Of a DNA stretch of 64,000 nucleotides, positions 60,486 through 64,000 are shown piece by piece. The stretch spans positions 30,260 through 94,259 of the forward strand of contig JBBQZV010000012.1 in the NCBI GenBank assembly GCA_038207365.1. The letters run 5' to 3'. This DNA is from Fimbriimonadales bacterium. GTDB lineage: Bacteria > Armatimonadota > Fimbriimonadia > Fimbriimonadales > Fimbriimonadaceae. The first letter of the stretch is position 1. Each line of letters opens with the position of its first letter. The translations under genes and the position numbers were made by a program. The notes under the pieces are model-generated. The model had not been told where the DNA came from. It did no database searches and was given only the letters and a program-made list of their open reading frames with translations.

Positions 60486-60965
60486 TTGAACCTATTTCTC
60501 GCGCTTGCCATCTGCGTCTGGAATTGCTCTGGAGATCAACCCGATTCTAGGCAAGTGCGGATCGAGATTCAACATCAGTACGACCGCTGGTCCAAAGCCT
60601 ATATGACTCAGGATGTTAACGTACTTCTGGAGATCCTTTCTCCCGATTACTCACTTACCACGGGTGACAAAGACGAGCTCTCTTATAAGACCTATGCTGC
60701 TTATTTGAAGCTCAAAGCCAAGGGTCCGAAAGATATCACGCACTACAAAACCATCATCAAAAGCTTTAACCTGTCCTCGTCTACTGCAGACGTCGTTGCC
60801 ATCGAAACGATGACGACCGAACTTGCCGACCGCACAAATGCCAAAGGACAATTATCCGTTCATCAGCACGAATACCTAGACAGGTGGCAGTCTTTTGACC
60901 ATACTTGGCGGTTATTGAAAACCACCACTCTCCACGAATCAACGAAGATAGAAAGAAAGGGATAA
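60486..60965 (+). CDS. NTF2-like (SnoaL/DUF4440-type) secreted protein
   Basis: Motif IQHQYDRWSKAYMTQDVNVLLEILSPDYS resembles the paralogue at 41342..41884. The likely start is TTG at 60486, just after the permease stop; the six-frame ORF extends back into the permease gene. Confidence 0.45.
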   Translation: MNLFLALAICVWNCSGDQPDSRQVRIEIQHQYDRWSKAYMTQDVNVLLEILSPDYSLTTGDKDELSYKTYAAYLKLKAKGPKDITHYKTIIKSFNLSSSTADVVAIETMTTELADRTNAKGQLSVHQHEYLDRWQSFDHTWRLLKTTTLHESTKIERKG

Positions 60966-60969
60966 CTTA

Positions 60970-63900
60970 ATGAACGAGATCACTCGCCGTACGATGCTTA
61001 AGATGGCTGGCGGAGCAACGCTAGGCCTTGGATTCCCAGGAAAAATTCTGGCAGTTCTACAGGATGGAACGTTAGTTGTTCAGGACCACAAGGTTCCAGC
61101 GATTAAGAACCTTACTGCTGAGTGGAAATCAGGACTTATTCAAAAAGGAGCTAAGGAAATTTGGTCTGGGCAAGCGCTCGACTCAATTGGCATGCCTGTA
61201 GGAGGCATTGCGACAGGGCAACTTTATGTTTGTGGTGATGGCTCACTTGGGTGTTGGGAACTCTTTAACCAGCATCAATATCAGAATCAGGGACCCTATA
61301 GTTACGCCATGCGGCCCATTCCGAAACTTGTTGAGTTCGGAATAAAGGTCAGGCTAGGCGATCATACTTGGCAGCTTAACAAGAGCGGATTCCAAGATGT
61401 CACGTTTAGCGGCACCTATCCAACTGCGCTCATCACCTACAAAGAACCTACCTGCCCGTTTGAGGCGGAGATGACTGTATATTCGCCGTTCATTCCCCTA
61501 AACGCGAAGGACTCTTCACTTCCAGCAACGATCTTTGAAGTAAGCCTAACGAATAAATCCGATCGGCCCATTTCGTTGGACGTCATTGGTTTTCTGGAAA
61601 ATGCTTGCTCTAGGTCAGCCCAAAACCACGCAGGAGATCGAAAACGGCATACGGTTGCGACGACTTCACCTTCCTTTACTTGCCTAACTCATAGCGCCGA
61701 TGAATCCCGTCACGATATGACTACGGAACGGGCAGCCCCTAGATCCGAATTACTCATTGCAGACTTTGAAGGTGACACTTATGGAGATTGGAAAGTTGAA
61801 GGAGATGCCTTTGGCCGAGGTCCTGCAAAAGGCGCATTAGAAGGTCAGAATCCCGTTTCAGGATTCACTGGGAAAGGTCTCGTCAATTCTTTTTTTAACG
61901 GCGATGACACCGTGGGCAAGCTGACTTCGCCCGAATTCACGATCGAACGCGACTTCATCAACTTCAAAATTGGTGGAGGAAATCAACCTGGGAAAGCATG
62001 TATCAACCTGATCGTTGACGGCAAAATCATGCGTACCTCTACGGGACTTAACGATGAACGACTCCTTTGGGATACCTGGAGCGTCCCCGAGTTCGCTGGT
62101 CGCAAGGCTCACATTGAAATTGTTGATCAGGCAAAGGGCGGATGGGGCCATGTCAACGTCGATCAAATTTCCCAGTCCGACCGAATTCAGTCTAAACAGG
62201 ACCTTCAGACACGACACGGAGATGTCAATCTAGACACTGGATCGATGTCTCTTGCACTTCTCGGGGCGGGCACCGCAGACTCGGAAGGCGAATACTCGTT
62301 CGAGCGACACTATGTCGGTGAAGTGTCCGCCGAGCCAGTCATGCTTGGGCCAGGGAAATCTAAGAAATTTACATACGTCCTCGCTTGGAACTTCCCGCAT
62401 CACCCACAAGGACGCAATTACTCGACATGGTTTGCGGATTCGAGTGCCGTAGCCAAGTATGTTGCTGACAATTTCCCAAGGCTCAGCAAGGAAACAAAAC
62501 TCTGGCGAGATACTTTCTACGATTCAACACTTCCCTATTGGCTCCTTGACCGACTTCATTCAACTGCGTCTAACTTGGCTACCGGTGTGACGGAATGGCG
62601 CAAGAACGGATTGTTCTGGTGCTGGGAAGGAGTGGTCTGCTGCTCGGGAACGTGTACTCACGTGTGGAACTACGAGCACACACTTGCCCGACTTTTCCCC
62701 GAACTCGAGCGAAACATCAGGAGTAAAACGGATTACGGTGTTGGATTCGATGAAGCGACCGGCCTCGTGGGAATGCGGAGCGATCGCGAATATGCTGCCG
62801 ATGGACAATGTGGAACGATTCTCAAAGCCTATCGGGAGCATCAAGTCAGCGTTGACAGCAAATTCCTGAAAGATCATTGGAACCGGATCAAGAAGTCTTT
62901 GCAGTTCCTGATGAATCGTGACAAGAATGGCGACGGGATGATCGAAGATTCTCAGCCTAATACTTACGACATCGAGTTCTTCGGCGCGAACACGTTTATT
63001 GGGTCCCTTTACCTTGGTGCCCTTCGGGCAGGCGAAGAAATGGCGAAAGAGATGGGTGACACTGAATTCGCTCAGCAGTGCCAGACCTACTTCAAGAATG
63101 GAAGCGAAGCCACTATGAAGCGCCTTTTCAATGGGGAGTACTTCATTCAAGAAGTGGACCAGTCGAAGTACAAAAAGTATCAATATGGTCCTGGCTGCCT
63201 AGCAGATCAGTTATTTGGCCAGGGATGGGCCCACCAAGTTGGTCTTGGCTACATCTACCCACGCGAAGCAGTTCAGAAGGGTCTCGAATCCATTTGGAAA
63301 TACAACTGGAGCCCTGACGTTGCAGGTCAAAACAAGCGCTGGCCGCCACAGCGTCCCTTCGCGCTCCCGGGTGAAGGAGGGCTGTTCACTTGCACATGGC
63401 CAATAGGAGGGCGCGAAGAAGATCCTGTACTCTACCGAGACGAAGTTTGGACCGGCATCGAATATCAAGTCGCTGGACATATGATTTGGGAAGGTATGGT
63501 CGAAGAAGGATTGTCAATCTGTCGTGCTGTTCACGAGCGATACCACCCTTTAAAACGCAACCCTTACAACGAGGTTGAATGCAGTGATCACTACGCTCGT
63601 GCCATGGCTTCTTGGGGAGTCTTCTTGGCGCTTGGCGGTTTCCAATATCACGGCCCAGCTCAAAAGATCGGCTTTGCACCCAAAATGACTCCTGCCAACT
63701 TCAAGACAGCGTTTACGACATCTGAAAGTTGGGGCATTTATTCCCAAACCATTGACGATTCAAAACAAGTCGGCCATGTTACTTTGACCCATGGAGCACT
63801 CAGCCTAAAGGAGATTGCCTTGGTGACCGATAAAGGTGGACAAACGGGCGTCACATACGGTGGAAGGAACGTGGAGTTTCAGGCATCGAAGAACGGTTCA

Positions 63901-63972
63901 CAGACCGTCATCACGTTGTCAAAGTCGCTTCGACTCAAACCGGGCAAGACACTTGAAATCACCTTCGCCTAA
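60970..63972 (+). CDS. Tat-exported large glycoside hydrolase, GH116-like (beta-sandwich N-domain + (alpha/alpha)6 barrel) with an inserted lectin/jelly-roll-like domain
   Basis: Tat motif TRRTMLKMAGG. The GH116_N-like region is GMPVGGIATGQLYVCGDGSLGCWELFN. The C-terminal half is barrel-like. The inserted module spans ~aa 250-420 (ADFEGDTYGDWKVEGDAFG...GWGHVNVDQI). The family assignment is tentative. Confidence 0.4.
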   Translation: MNEITRRTMLKMAGGATLGLGFPGKILAVLQDGTLVVQDHKVPAIKNLTAEWKSGLIQKGAKEIWSGQALDSIGMPVGGIATGQLYVCGDGSLGCWELFNQHQYQNQGPYSYAMRPIPKLVEFGIKVRLGDHTWQLNKSGFQDVTFSGTYPTALITYKEPTCPFEAEMTVYSPFIPLNAKDSSLPATIFEVSLTNKSDRPISLDVIGFLENACSRSAQNHAGDRKRHTVATTSPSFTCLTHSADESRHDMTTERAAPRSELLIADFEGDTYGDWKVEGDAFGRGPAKGALEGQNPVSGFTGKGLVNSFFNGDDTVGKLTSPEFTIERDFINFKIGGGNQPGKACINLIVDGKIMRTSTGLNDERLLWDTWSVPEFAGRKAHIEIVDQAKGGWGHVNVDQISQSDRIQSKQDLQTRHGDVNLDTGSMSLALLGAGTADSEGEYSFERHYVGEVSAEPVMLGPGKSKKFTYVLAWNFPHHPQGRNYSTWFADSSAVAKYVADNFPRLSKETKLWRDTFYDSTLPYWLLDRLHSTASNLATGVTEWRKNGLFWCWEGVVCCSGTCTHVWNYEHTLARLFPELERNIRSKTDYGVGFDEATGLVGMRSDREYAADGQCGTILKAYREHQVSVDSKFLKDHWNRIKKSLQFLMNRDKNGDGMIEDSQPNTYDIEFFGANTFIGSLYLGALRAGEEMAKEMGDTEFAQQCQTYFKNGSEATMKRLFNGEYFIQEVDQSKYKKYQYGPGCLADQLFGQGWAHQVGLGYIYPREAVQKGLESIWKYNWSPDVAGQNKRWPPQRPFALPGEGGLFTCTWPIGGREEDPVLYRDEVWTGIEYQVAGHMIWEGMVEEGLSICRAVHERYHPLKRNPYNEVECSDHYARAMASWGVFLALGGFQYHGPAQKIGFAPKMTPANFKTAFTTSESWGIYSQTIDDSKQVGHVTLTHGALSLKEIALVTDKGGQTGVTYGGRNVEFQASKNGSQTVITLSKSLRLKPGKTLEITFA

Positions 63973-64000
63973 TTCGGCATTTACTTACCCGTTCGCAGGA

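Overview
This is a 64-kb chromosomal segment with moderate GC content. It carries about 55 protein genes, two tRNAs and no transposase or integrase genes, cas genes, CRISPR array or rRNA. A prepilin-type gene with the H-X9-DG motif suggests a PVC-superphylum or Armatimonadota-like bacterium; this is an inference.

Gene content in order:
- MTA phosphorylase next to an orphan lipoprotein substrate-binding protein, with a divergent tRNA-Trp.
- An ECF sigma/anti-sigma pair.
- An adaA-alkA fusion gene followed by ogt (adaptive alkylation response).
- A secreted beta-rich protein, a futalosine-pathway radical-SAM enzyme, and a membrane class-III nucleotidyl cyclase with a co-oriented unknown gene downstream.
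- Two paralogous lipoproteins, cytidine deaminase, MutS2, an Nramp transporter and a GDSL/SGNH hydrolase.
- A second ECF sigma/anti-sigma pair with a clean intrinsic terminator.
- An aldonolactone-oxidase-type FAD enzyme and a DUF1003 protein.
- glnS immediately followed by tRNA-Gln(CTG).
- A Tat-exported metallophosphoesterase, an H-X9-DG prepilin-like gene, and a cluster of GNAT, AraC, VOC and GNAT genes.
- A flotillin-like SPFH protein and a large DUF2339 membrane protein.
- TlpA-like redoxin, a flavodoxin, an APH(6)-like kinase coupled to a P-loop kinase, an AKR-like reductase, a DinB_2 protein and NTF2-like proteins.
- A large (alpha/alpha)6-type glycosidase, an Eis-like GNAT, YceI, and an FG-GAP/TSP3/metzincin protease.
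- A glycan-utilisation locus: a SARP/NB-ARC/TPR regulator, a GH38 alpha-mannosidase, an RbsBAC-type ABC sugar importer and a GH116-like hydrolase.

Most notable feature: the 1.1-kb convergent intergenic region between the flotillin gene and the DUF2339 gene (~33000..34085) is filled by four tandem ~240-bp units. Each has a ~160-nt strongly conserved, highly self-complementary core and a diverged CA-rich linker. One stem shows compensatory base-pair covariation between copies. The units are non-coding, because the periods are not multiples of 3. They resemble neither CRISPR, integron attC nor REP/BIME arrays. I consider this a candidate undescribed tandem structured-RNA or structured-DNA element.
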